A stretch of DNA of 64,000 bases from an uncultured Chloroflexia bacterium. GTDB taxonomy: Bacteria > Chloroflexota > Limnocylindria > Limnocylindrales > CSP1-4. The position numbers and the translations under genes were made by a program. The notes under the pieces were generated by a model, which saw only the letters and a list, made by a program, of their open reading frames with translations, was not told the origin of the DNA and searched no databases. This document shows, in pieces, positions 46,401 to 54,663 of the stretch. How positions within the stretch are numbered: the stretch's first letter is position 1; each line of letters starts with the position of its first letter. Where the stretch lies: NCBI GenBank assembly GCA_963760735.1, contig CAVXEB010000004.1:1592329-1656328 (forward strand). Reading direction: 5' to 3'.

Positions 46401-46897
46401 ACCCCGGTCGGGTCGGTTGCCACCGTGATCGTCCGCGCGTCGCTCGCGACTCGAACCGGGACGCCGGCAACGCCGGCGCCATCGGGGGCACCCAGCGTGC
46501 CGATCAACCCGCCGAGCGAATCGCCGACGACCGTGATCACGGGTGGTGGCGGCTCCGACGAGAACAGGCGGAGCTCGGACATCACCACGTCCGGGCCCGC
46601 GATGCGCTCGACGGCGAGCTCGAGCGTCCCGTCGGCGTACGCAGCGCGCGGGACCACGACCCGGACGACGGTGGCCGTGGCCATGGCGAGCTCCGTGGGC
46701 GGATGCAGCTCCAGCCCTCCCGAGGTCATCGCCTGAACGCGATGCACGCCGCGTTCGCAGAGGTAGGTTGCCTCGAGCTCGTACACGGCGTCGGGACGGA
46801 GGTCGGGGAACGCCGCCTCGATGACCTCCGGGGCCCAGCCCATGAATCGAAGGCTGTCGCTCGCCAGCGTCGCGACGTCGACATCCGACATCGCCAT
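43427..46897 (-). CDS. Glycoside hydrolase family 2 (beta-galactosidase / beta-mannosidase-like), about 1156 aa
   Basis: Sugar-binding, Ig-like and TIM-barrel domains are recognisable (GVNRHDS ... VIRTSHYPPSPYLLEVCDEVGMFV ... WDLGNES). The start is ATG 46897 (MAMSDVD). The upstream part of the 1520-aa ORF is a different gene read in another frame. Confidence 0.8.
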   Translation of the reverse strand: MAMSDVDVATLASDSLRFMGWAPEVIEAAFPDLRPDAVYELEATYLCERGVHRVQAMTSGGLELHPPTELAMATATVVRVVVPRAAYADGTLELAVERIAGPDVVMSELRLFSSEPPPPVITVVGDSLGGLIGTLGAPDGAGVAGVPVRVASDARTITVATDPTGVFRIPVLDALPLARHGAVTISTGTGSLATAMTVDTRLLARGLRELPPAADRLDLTGEWGFAGGPFRGHDAASGRAPTRVPGHVIYDGLVPEDGVATFHRTFDLPESWSGRAVFLRCDGAYGRAEVRLNGSLAGVHGSGATSFDVDLKPFLGPGVNELAITLTEYTPYAVLDDMSWYAHMSLLGIWRDVFLFSTPMLHLGQLDIDVDWDPNPASGSMNLGVDLINVGPDAQTFDLDVTVTDDGGEVVHRSSRQGSIDGAASTREAFASGPLPVRPWSAEEPTLYDLQAVVASGDGTAQTYRRRIGFRRVETRDNQLLVNGAPIRIRGVNRHDSRILKGRALSAEDMRADVINLRRANVNVIRTSHYPPSPYLLEVCDEVGMFVFEQPPICFSGGFDDHHWTRTNEAAQLIPYLLEVTAETVARDRGHCSVIVWDLGNESRWGSGFDAQLALVRSMDPRRPTIFSFDLNELGGENELVGKAAAERPDIRSYHYPGWDRTWQEDLAWLGSYDQPVVLDEYAPVLAPCLRGPGEGYGLAIDPGIRDYWGAGYQPFMRAALQDRGVIGGMIWGGFGEVFAIPLDLTIGEGPWAHLPASDYVRTRDHYPAEPGVFRRGDGDWGLFDGWNRARPELWHVHEMYSPIEVAAADFADAGDRLDIALVNRFSHRSFAGLEVAVTGAAIDGNPERLTAGPGETAHLTLRPTPGSETVRVEVRHPEGWLIDGWEWAWPGAARAPQAAVLERAVELRLDLSQPGLPIVSGDGGRWLREWPELHVLDVDMPHVPVPSPRTDVGHVTVIGPHELRVPLAGWDWEGTITARIEGRTVAFEYEATYTGSRAFNAKEAGLTVRPPRELTDLSWRRIGEWSLYPADHVGRTTGYAAGLPGSNTTLHPAETWEQDATPAGSNDYRSVKRRILTAGATDGARSLTIVSDGAQHVRAELVDGSPELHVLDWYGGVRTLDGNHPIWSAYLGSGLPITTGTTLRGRIVLAATEGP

Positions 46898-46998
46898 CCG
46901 ACGCTTCGTCCTCGTCCGGAGATGCGGCGCCTGGAGCTCGAGGCCGCATTGCTCGAGGGCGATCAGAGTTCGCGGTTCGTCGGGCACGGTCCTGTTCC

Positions 46999-47949
46999 TC
47001 AGTCGAGCGCCGGAACGGCGGTTGGCGCGACGTCCGAATGGGTCGTCAACCACTGGCGCATCCCGGGTGCGGTGACGATGTGGTCGATGACCCGGCGCTG
47101 ATCGGGGTCGCACGGCGGCATCGGCAGGCTCGGCTCGCCGACGTCCCAGCCGCAGGCCTGGAGCGTCGCCTTGAGGCCTGCCAGCCAATATCCCTGGTCG
47201 AAGACCGCGGCGAGCTCCCCCACCGTGGCCTGGAGGGCGAGCGCCTCCAGCCTCGGAGCATCCTGGACCGAGGCCGCCAGGACCTGCAGCAGGCGCGGGG
47301 CGAAGTTGGCCATCCCCGAGATCAGCCCGTCGGCGCCCGACCACATCGAGATCGCCGCGAGGCGTTCGCGGCCCTGCATCACGCTGAAGGCGTCCGACCG
47401 GAGGGCAAGGAATTGCTCGAACGCGAACCAGTCGCCGGCGGAATCCTTGATCCCGACGATCCGGGGATGGCTGGCCAGCGCCCGGACGGCCGACGGGGCG
47501 AGCGGCAGGTGGGTGTTCTGCGGGATGTTGTAGAGGACGACCGGCGCCGCTGCCCGCTCGGCAACCGTCGCGAAGTACTCGACGATCCGCGTCTCGGAGT
47601 CGACCGCGTAGTACAGCGGCGCCGCGACGACGAGGAAGTCGGCCCCGGCGTCGGCGAACCGGTCCGACCGAGTCAGCGTCCGGCTCAGGCCGTTGTCGCC
47701 CACCCCGACGTAGACGGGGATCCGCCCGGCGACGTGGTCGACCGCGACCCGCGCGACGCGCAGGGCGACGTCGTCGGGCAGCCAGGTGAGCTCGCCGGAG
47801 GATCCCAGCACGAACAGGCCGTCCAGGTCCGGCACGAGCGCGTCGATCAGGCCACGCAGCACCGGCTCGTTGAGGCGCCCATCGGCGGTCAGGGGCGTCA
47901 CCAACGGACAGACGATCCCCGTCGGTCGAGGCGCGACAGCCGGGCTCAT
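46999..47949 (-). CDS. DapA/NAL-family class I aldolase (dihydrodipicolinate synthase-like; probable 2-keto-3-deoxy-sugar-acid aldolase)
   Basis: GIVCPLVTPLTADGRLNEPVLRGLIDALV ... GLFVLGSSGE ... the Schiff-base Lys context YNIPQNT. Confidence 0.8.
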   Translation of the reverse strand: MSPAVAPRPTGIVCPLVTPLTADGRLNEPVLRGLIDALVPDLDGLFVLGSSGELTWLPDDVALRVARVAVDHVAGRIPVYVGVGDNGLSRTLTRSDRFADAGADFLVVAAPLYYAVDSETRIVEYFATVAERAAAPVVLYNIPQNTHLPLAPSAVRALASHPRIVGIKDSAGDWFAFEQFLALRSDAFSVMQGRERLAAISMWSGADGLISGMANFAPRLLQVLAASVQDAPRLEALALQATVGELAAVFDQGYWLAGLKATLQACGWDVGEPSLPMPPCDPDQRRVIDHIVTAPGMRQWLTTHSDVAPTAVPALD

Positions 47950-48956
47950 GCGAGACCGGGCACGAGGATCCGCTTGGTGGACGACTCATCCGTCCGGAGC
48001 AGCTCGGGTCCCTGCTCCAGGGGGGCCACGGTGACCGGTCGAGGCGTTCGAGCGACGTCGCCGGCCGTGATGGCCTCGGCTGCCCGGACGAAGTCGGCGA
48101 AGCAGTGGCTCACCGATCCCTGGAGCGCGATCTCGCGAACGGTCAGGTCCAGCAGGTCGACTGGCGTCCGCTTCGGGTGGCCGCCGAGGACGAGGATCCG
48201 GCCGCCTCGTCGCACCGCGGCCGCCGAGGCGACCACGGCCGAAGCGGCGCCGGCGGTCTCGAAGACGATCTCGGCGTCGACGTCGGCGACGCGCTCCGGG
48301 GGCAGCGTCTCGGAGGCACCGGCGTCGCGCGCCAGCGCCCGCGCCCGCTCCGATCGGCTGACGGCGACCACCTCGCGGGCGCCCGCCAGGATCGCGGCCT
48401 CGACCACGCACAGACCGAGGGAGCCGATCCCGACGACGGCGACGCGCCGGCCCGTCAACGGTTCCTGGTGGACAGCGTGGAATGCGACGGCGAAGGGCTC
48501 GACCAGGACGGCTCGCTCCGGCTCGACATCCGGACCGATGGGCACGCACCGGCTGCCCTCGACGAGGAGGTAGTCCGCCATGCCGCCGTCGGCGCTCATG
48601 CCGAGGGCCACCATTCGCGAACAGCGATTGGCATGGCCCGTGGCGCAGTCCCGACACTGCTCGCACGGTTGCGACGGCCAGGGCGCGACCCGCGTCTCCG
48701 GGGAGAGGCCGGACGCTGCGCCGGCGACAGCGACGAAGCCGACCATCTCGTGGCCGAGGGTCACCGGCGCCATGCGGCCGTTGACCGGATGCGGCTGGAC
48801 CGGCACGGTGATCGGCCCCAGCCGGACCTCGTCGACGTCCGTGCCGCAGATCGCCGCCGCCTCGATGCGGATCAGGACCTCGGTGTCGCGGGGCGTGGGG
48901 ACCAGGACCTCGTCGAGTCGGACGTCACCCCTGGCGTGCCATCGAACCGCCTTCAT
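47946..48956 (-). CDS. Zn-dependent medium-chain alcohol/polyol dehydrogenase
   Basis: MKAVRWHARGDVRLDEV ... ICGTDV ... GHEMVGFV ... CEQCRDC ... VAVVGIGSLG. Confidence 0.85.
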   Translation of the reverse strand: MKAVRWHARGDVRLDEVLVPTPRDTEVLIRIEAAAICGTDVDEVRLGPITVPVQPHPVNGRMAPVTLGHEMVGFVAVAGAASGLSPETRVAPWPSQPCEQCRDCATGHANRCSRMVALGMSADGGMADYLLVEGSRCVPIGPDVEPERAVLVEPFAVAFHAVHQEPLTGRRVAVVGIGSLGLCVVEAAILAGAREVVAVSRSERARALARDAGASETLPPERVADVDAEIVFETAGAASAVVASAAAVRRGGRILVLGGHPKRTPVDLLDLTVREIALQGSVSHCFADFVRAAEAITAGDVARTPRPVTVAPLEQGPELLRTDESSTKRILVPGLA

Positions 48957-49876
48957 GCCGGATGCCAGCCGATCTCGGCGTGCAGGACCAGGGCCTCCTC
49001 GATGAGCTCGTCGGCGATCCGCCGGTGATGGGCGTCGAACGGCACCGCGGGCCGGCGGAGGCCCGCGCCGGCAAAGACGCCCTGGCGAACCGCCAGAAGC
49101 TTCAGGAACTGGTTGGAGATGTCGATGTGCTGATTCTGCCAACCGAGGATCGGCAGCAGCCGCGCGAACAAGGCTCTTGCCGACGGGCGGTCGCCCGCGC
49201 GATAGCGGCGAACCACGACGTCGATCACCCAGTGGAGCCCGCCCGGCGTCACGACGTGGATCCCCCGATCGAGGGCCTCGATCAGGTACGGAACCGCCCA
49301 GCCCGCGGCGACGTTGAGGCGACCTCCGGTCGCCTCGATGATCGCCGTGTACTTGGCGCCGGCCGGCACCGTCTCGACCTTGATGCAGCGGAACGGCTCG
49401 AGCTCGTCGAAGAGCCGCGCGATCGTGGCGATCGGCAGCCCGGGCCCGCCCCACTCCAGGTCCTGGATCATCAGGACGTCGATCGGCGCCTCGCAGACCG
49501 AACGAAAGAAGTCGATCGTCGCCGCCTCGTCGTGGAGCAGCGCCACCGGAGCCTGGACGAGGACGCCGGCCGCCCCGTGGGTTCGCGCGAACTCGGCGAT
49601 GGATCGGGCGGTTCGGGGATCGTCCGCGCTCGCCCCGATGAAGACCGGCACGTGTCCCGCCGCCTGCTCCAGGACCGCGCGAGTCAACGTCCGACGCTCG
49701 GCCGGCGTCAGCCGGGAGACCTCGCTCGCGACGACCGGATAGAGCAGGCCGGCCACGCCTGCCGCGAGCCGATCGGCGACCCCGCGCTCGAAACTGTCAA
49801 GATCGATCCGATCGGCTTCGTCGAACGGGGTCTGGGGGATCGCGACGACCCCCGACAGCGGGTAGAGCTCCTTCAT
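48953..49876 (-). CDS. DapA/NAL-family class I aldolase (second copy)
   Basis: GVVAIPQTPFDEADRIDLDSFERGVADRL family pattern; overlaps the ADH start by 4 nt. Confidence 0.8.
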   Translation of the reverse strand: MKELYPLSGVVAIPQTPFDEADRIDLDSFERGVADRLAAGVAGLLYPVVASEVSRLTPAERRTLTRAVLEQAAGHVPVFIGASADDPRTARSIAEFARTHGAAGVLVQAPVALLHDEAATIDFFRSVCEAPIDVLMIQDLEWGGPGLPIATIARLFDELEPFRCIKVETVPAGAKYTAIIEATGGRLNVAAGWAVPYLIEALDRGIHVVTPGGLHWVIDVVVRRYRAGDRPSARALFARLLPILGWQNQHIDISNQFLKLLAVRQGVFAGAGLRRPAVPFDAHHRRIADELIEEALVLHAEIGWHPA

Positions 49877-49946
49877 GTGCCGACCATCATGGCATATCAT
49901 ACGATGAATTGCGTCTCCATCCGGCCGGTGTGAGGAGGGCTGCGGC

Positions 49947-51677
49947 GTGGCACCTGACGATCGACGAGCGCTGCGAAGCCAGTCGTGGTGGGAGGGCGGC
50001 GCCCTCGACCTGATCGGTCACCGCTCGCAATTCCGGATGCAGGGATTCCCGGAGGAATCGTTCACCGGCCGCCCCGTGATCGGAATCCTCAACAGCTGGA
50101 GCGAGGTCGCCGGCTGCAACGCCCACCTCCGCGACCTCGCGGAGCACGTCAAGCGCGGGGTCCTGCGCGCGGGTGGGTTTCCCGTCGAGGTCCCGGTGAT
50201 CTCGCTGGGCGAGCCGATCATCAAGCCGACGGCGATGCTCTACCGGAACCTGATGGCCATGGCCGTCGAGGAGCTGATCCGCGGCAACCCGCTCGACGGC
50301 GTCGTCCTTCTGGCAGGCTGCGACAAGACGATTCCGGCGAGCCTCATGGGAGCGGCCAGCGTCGACGTGCCGGCGATGATGGTGACCGGCGGCCCGATGC
50401 TCAGCGGTCGGTTCCGGAACGAGCACGTCGGCGCCTGTACGGATTGCTGGCGGCTGCACGACGAGCTCCGGGCCGATCGGATCAGCCAGGCCGACTGGGA
50501 CGAGTTCGAGGCCGGCATGTGCCGGAGCGACGGGCACTGCTCGCCAATGGGGACCGCGTCGACGATGGCCTGCCTGACCGAGGCCCTCGGCATGGCGCCC
50601 AGCGGCAGCGCCGCGATCCCGGCCGTGGATTCGCGTCGCCGTCACGTCGCGGAACGGGCCGGGTCCCAGATCATCGACCTCGTCGCCGCGGGCACCCGCC
50701 CCTCGGACATCATGACCCGGGCTGCGTTCGAGAACGCGATCCGGACCTTGCACGCCATCGGTGGCTCGACCAACGCCGTCATCCACCTCGTGGCGATCGC
50801 GGGACGTCTCGGGGTCGATCTTCCGATCGACCTGTTCGACGAGCTCGCCGCCTCGACACCCCTGCTCGTGAACATCAAGCCATCCGGTGCCTATCTCATG
50901 GAGGACTTCTTCTACGCGGGAGGCCTGCCCGCGGTCCACGCCGAGATGACGGACCTGCTCCACCTCGACGCCCGGACGGTCACCGGTCGAACGATCGGCG
51001 AGGCGATCCTCGGCGCGTCGATCGTCAACGACGACGTGATCCGGCCGCGCGACCGCGCGCTCCTGTCGGGCGGCAGTCTCGCGATCCTCCGGGGCAGCCT
51101 CTGTCCCGACGGGGCGGTGCTCAAGGTCTCCGCGGCCAGCAGCCGGCTGCTCCAGCACGAGGGACGCGCCGTCGTCTTCCACGACGTCAACGAGCTCCAC
51201 GCGACGATCGACGATCCGGCGCTCCAGATCGAGCCCGACGACGTCCTCGTCCTCCAGAACGGCGGGCCGGTCGGCGCGCCCGGCATGCCCGAGTTCGGCC
51301 ACCTCCCGATGCCGTCCTACCTGCTGCGGCAGGGCGTCACCGACATGGTCCGGATCAGCGACGCGCGGATGAGCGGCACGGGCTTCGGCACCGTGGTCCT
51401 CCATGTCGCTCCGGAGTCGGCGATCGGCGGGCCGCTCGCGCTCGTCGAGACCGGCGACCGCATCCGCCTCGACACAGCGGGCCGGCGGCTCGACCTGCTC
51501 GTCGGGGACGAGGCGCTCGCGGCACGCCGGCAAGCGTGGACGCCCCGTCCGACGAGTGACACGAGGGGCTATCGAGGGCTGTATGTGCGGACGGTCATGC
51601 AGGCCGACCGCGGCTGCGACCTGGACTTCCTCGTCGGGCAGTCACCGCCGGTCCGGGCCGGGATCACGCACGGATGA
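49947..51677 (+). CDS. IlvD/EDD-family dehydratase (sugar-acid dehydratase such as arabinonate/xylonate/gluconate dehydratase)
   Basis: Fe-S cluster Cys context (CDKTIPA ... CPGMCxx-like SDGHCSPMGTASTM) and the SDARMSG C-terminal motif. Confidence 0.85.
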   Translation: MAPDDRRALRSQSWWEGGALDLIGHRSQFRMQGFPEESFTGRPVIGILNSWSEVAGCNAHLRDLAEHVKRGVLRAGGFPVEVPVISLGEPIIKPTAMLYRNLMAMAVEELIRGNPLDGVVLLAGCDKTIPASLMGAASVDVPAMMVTGGPMLSGRFRNEHVGACTDCWRLHDELRADRISQADWDEFEAGMCRSDGHCSPMGTASTMACLTEALGMAPSGSAAIPAVDSRRRHVAERAGSQIIDLVAAGTRPSDIMTRAAFENAIRTLHAIGGSTNAVIHLVAIAGRLGVDLPIDLFDELAASTPLLVNIKPSGAYLMEDFFYAGGLPAVHAEMTDLLHLDARTVTGRTIGEAILGASIVNDDVIRPRDRALLSGGSLAILRGSLCPDGAVLKVSAASSRLLQHEGRAVVFHDVNELHATIDDPALQIEPDDVLVLQNGGPVGAPGMPEFGHLPMPSYLLRQGVTDMVRISDARMSGTGFGTVVLHVAPESAIGGPLALVETGDRIRLDTAGRRLDLLVGDEALAARRQAWTPRPTSDTRGYRGLYVRTVMQADRGCDLDFLVGQSPPVRAGITHG

Positions 51678-52434
51678 CGGCCCTGGACGGCGTGTTCGCG
51701 GGCCCGGGCGGGATGTCGAGGCTGACCATCGACTGGGTCACCAGCCGCTCCATCGCCGCCCCGGCGCGATCCGCGTCGCCTTCGACGACGGCGTCGAGCA
51801 CCTCACGATGAGGGCCGATGCTGTAGTCGAGGAAGTCCGGCCAGTCCCAGCCATGGCGGGTGGCGATCTGGAGGCCCGCCTGGAGCGCCGGGCCGAACGC
51901 CGCCACCAGCTGGACCAGATGGTCATTGTGCGTCGCGGCCACCAGCATCGCGTGATACCGGACGTCGGCGTCGAGGTACGTCACCTCGTCATGGGCGGTG
52001 GCCATCGCCTCGAGCGCCGCCCGGATCGCGGCGTGCTCGTCGGGGTTGGCCCGTCCGGCGGCGAGCCGGGCCGCGGCGGGTTCGATGATCCTGCGGACCT
52101 CGAACATGCTGCGCAGGAACTCCGGGTCGAGGCCGGCTTCGGTCAGCCAGGCGAGCACGTCGGGGTCCAGGAGGCGCCACTCCGACCGTGGCAGGATCAC
52201 CGTTCCGCGCTTGGACCGCGATTCGACCATGCCCTTGGCGGCGAGCACCTTCGTCGCTTCCCGGACCACGGTCCGGCTGACGCCGAGCATCCGGCTCAGC
52301 TCACCCTGCTCGGGGAGGATCTCGCCCGTGGCCAGCTCGCCTCGGACGATTCGTCGGCCGATGCCGTCGACCACGCCGGCATGGATGCCGGCCGGTTGCC
52401 GTGAGATCACGATCGCTGCGGTCCGTTGATACAT
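51664..52434 (-). CDS. GntR-family regulator (FadR/FCD subfamily)
   Basis: wHTH (LPEQGELSRMLGVSRTVVREATKVLAAKGMV) plus an FCD-like C-terminal domain. The start is set at ATG 52434 (MYQRTAAIV). Confidence 0.8.
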   Translation of the reverse strand: MYQRTAAIVISRQPAGIHAGVVDGIGRRIVRGELATGEILPEQGELSRMLGVSRTVVREATKVLAAKGMVESRSKRGTVILPRSEWRLLDPDVLAWLTEAGLDPEFLRSMFEVRRIIEPAAARLAAGRANPDEHAAIRAALEAMATAHDEVTYLDADVRYHAMLVAATHNDHLVQLVAAFGPALQAGLQIATRHGWDWPDFLDYSIGPHREVLDAVVEGDADRAGAAMERLVTQSMVSLDIPPGPANTPSRAVIRA

Positions 52435-52446
52435 ACTATTGTATGA
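52431..52446. promoter_or_regulatory. Imperfect palindrome CATACTATTGTATG in an AT-rich divergent promoter; candidate GntR operator
   Basis: 5-bp arms CATAC/GTATG around TATT, overlapping the GntR start codon region. Confidence 0.25.
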
Positions 52447-52527
52447 TAGCGTCAGAGACGCCGGAACGCCATCTGCCTCCCGACGGCATCGGGCACGGCG
52501 AGGGCGTCGGCAGGGCGGCCGAAGCAT

Positions 52528-52575
52528 TGGTTCAGATTTGGTCGTTGACTCGAACGGTTCAACTTTGGTTCAATC
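52528..52575 (+). promoter_or_regulatory. GGTTCA direct-repeat motif site 5, extended (GGTTCAGATTT GGTCGTTGAC ... CGGTTCAACTTTGGTTCAATC; core 52555-52575)
   Basis: It lies upstream of the ABC permease operon. Confidence 0.55.
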
Positions 52576-52696
52576 ACTCCCGTCCGTAGAACTCCGATCG
52601 GCCAGGGCGTCGATCTCTGGAGGTTCACAGGCTGGTGGTTCCAGGACCCGAGCATAACCCTCGTCACGGGGTCGATGATCGTCCGCGCCATGGCGC

Positions 52697-53719
52697 GTGG
52701 CGATGGGATCCATTCCGCGGGTGGAGACCGTGACGGCGATCGCCCAGCCGCCAGGGCCGGCGGTCGCCGCCCGACGGTCGCGACTAGGTCGGTTCAGCCT
52801 GACCCGTGCCGAGCGCCGGAACCTGCGCACCGGCCTCCTGTTCATCTCGCCGTGGCTGATCGGGTTCTTCGCGTTCACCCTCTACCCGGCCCTCGCGTCG
52901 CTTTACTACAGCTTCACGGACTTCAAGATCCTCTCGAGCCCGCGCTGGATCGGCCTGGACAACTACACCCAGCTGCTCCGTGACCCCCTGTTCTGGAAGT
53001 CCCTCAGCAATACCCTGTATCTGACGCTCATCGGCGTGCCGCTCGCGGTCATCGTCGCGCTCTCGATCGCGCTCCTGCTCAATCGCAAGCGCATGCGCGG
53101 GATCGGGGTCTTCCGGACCATCTTCTACCTGCCCGTCGTGATCCCGGCGGTCGCCGGCGCCGTTCTCTGGATCTACCTGCTGAACCCGTCGAACGGGCTC
53201 GTCAACCAGATTCTCGGCACCGTCGGGATCCAGGGACCGGGCTGGTTCTTCGATCCGGCGTGGGCGAAGAACGGGATCGTCCTTCTCATGGTCTGGGCGG
53301 CCGGCGACGTCGTGATCATCTATCTCGGGGCGCTCCAGGGCGTGTCCCGGTCCCTGTACGAAGCCGCCGACGTGGACGGTGCGGGCGCCTGGGTGAAGCT
53401 CCGCCACGTGACAATCCCGATGATCAGCCCGGCGATCCTCTTCAACCTGATCGTGGGCGCCATCGGCGCGTTCCAGTACTTCACCCAGGCGTACGTGATC
53501 GGCAACGGGGTTGCGCGCGGCACGAACGACGTCTCCATCGGAGGCGTCCAGAACTCGCTGCTCATGTACGGGCTCAACCTGTACAACAACGGGTTCCGCT
53601 ACTTCCGGATGGGCTACGCCTCGGCCCTGGCCTGGCTGCTGCTCATCACGATCCTCGTCGCGACGATCGCGATGCTCTGGGTGTCGAGGAACCGCGTCTA
53701 CTACGAGAGCGAGCGGTGA
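52697..53719 (+). CDS. Carbohydrate ABC transporter permease (MalF/UgpA-like)
   Basis: Six TM helices; the EAA-like loop region is IYLGALQGVSRSLYEAADVDGAG. The N-terminal start is uncertain. Confidence 0.8.
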   Translation: MAMGSIPRVETVTAIAQPPGPAVAARRSRLGRFSLTRAERRNLRTGLLFISPWLIGFFAFTLYPALASLYYSFTDFKILSSPRWIGLDNYTQLLRDPLFWKSLSNTLYLTLIGVPLAVIVALSIALLLNRKRMRGIGVFRTIFYLPVVIPAVAGAVLWIYLLNPSNGLVNQILGTVGIQGPGWFFDPAWAKNGIVLLMVWAAGDVVIIYLGALQGVSRSLYEAADVDGAGAWVKLRHVTIPMISPAILFNLIVGAIGAFQYFTQAYVIGNGVARGTNDVSIGGVQNSLLMYGLNLYNNGFRYFRMGYASALAWLLLITILVATIAMLWVSRNRVYYESER

Positions 53720-54591
53720 GCACGGTGGCCCTCAGCCCGTCGATGGCCGTGACGCGGCGCCGGGCGTTGATGCGGACCCTGTCGAGGTTCGCTCCATTGA
53801 TCGTGATCCTGATCCTGGCGGCGGTCTACCTGACGCCCTTCGTCTGGATGGTCAGCACGTCCCTCAAGACCCAGGCCCAGTCGATCGCCTCGCCGCCGGT
53901 CCTGGTTCCGGGCCCGATCACGGTCGACGCATTTCCACTGGCATTCGCGAGGATGGACTTCCTGCGTGGCCTCTGGAACACCCTGATCTACGCCGTCCCG
54001 TCGGTCATCGGCACCGTGGTGTCGTGCAGCCTGGTGGCGTACGGGTTCGCGCTCGTCCCCTGGCGGGGCCGGAACGTCGTGTTCGTGATCATGCTCACGA
54101 CGATGATGCTGCCGAGCCAGGTCACGCTGATCCCGCTGTACGTCATCTACGCGAAGCTGGGCTGGATCAACACGTACCTGCCGCTCGTCGTTCCGACCTT
54201 CTTCGGGACCCCATTCTTCATCTTCCTGCTGCGCCAGTTCTTCATGGGAATCCCGCGCGAGCTCCTCGATGCCGCGCGTCTCGATGGGGCCAGTGAGCTG
54301 CGGATCCTCACGCGGATCGTCGCGCCGCTGGCCGCCCCCGCGCTGATCACGGTCGCGCTGCTGACCTTCATCGACAAGTGGAACGACTTCTACGGCCCGC
54401 TGCTCTATCTCCAGAAGCCGGAGCTCCGGCCGCTGTCCCTCTCCATCCAGGTCTTCCAGTCCGCCCATCGCACGGACTGGCCCCAGACGATGGCCGCGTC
54501 GATCCTCGTCGCGGCTCCGCTGGTGCTCATCTACTTCTTCGCACAGCGCAAGTTCATCGAGGGGATCACCCTCACCGGCATGAAGGGCTAG
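53716..54591 (+). CDS. Carbohydrate ABC transporter permease (MalG/UgpE-like)
   Basis: GTGA overlap with the upstream gene; EAA motif LDAARLDGASELRILTRIVAPLA. Confidence 0.85.
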   Translation: MSTVALSPSMAVTRRRALMRTLSRFAPLIVILILAAVYLTPFVWMVSTSLKTQAQSIASPPVLVPGPITVDAFPLAFARMDFLRGLWNTLIYAVPSVIGTVVSCSLVAYGFALVPWRGRNVVFVIMLTTMMLPSQVTLIPLYVIYAKLGWINTYLPLVVPTFFGTPFFIFLLRQFFMGIPRELLDAARLDGASELRILTRIVAPLAAPALITVALLTFIDKWNDFYGPLLYLQKPELRPLSLSIQVFQSAHRTDWPQTMAASILVAAPLVLIYFFAQRKFIEGITLTGMKG

Positions 54592-54663
54592 AGGAGGAAG
54601 GCCCTGAACATCACGACCTACCCATTCGGCGGTGCCAGTCACCAGAGGTGGAGGAGAACTTCG

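Noticed and set aside
43523-47101. 1192-aa ORF on the plus strand (and similar very long ORFs at 3723-5348 minus, 10128-11837 minus, 13238-14335 minus, 17712-18902 plus, 37600-39225 minus, 38544-40235 plus, 47038-48573 plus, 49887-51533 minus, 49985-51559 plus, 54736-56268 minus, 56153-58474 plus)
   Set aside because: They are antisense or off-frame to genes with clear domain signatures. Their translations are Arg/Pro/Gly-rich low-complexity sequence, typical of stop-codon-poor 70%-GC DNA, and no motifs are recognisable.
43427-47989. Single 1520-aa ORF
   Set aside because: It is a fusion artefact. The GH2 gene starts at ATG 46897. The region 46999-47949 is a separate DapA-family gene in a different frame. 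The extreme N-terminal part overlaps the ADH gene.
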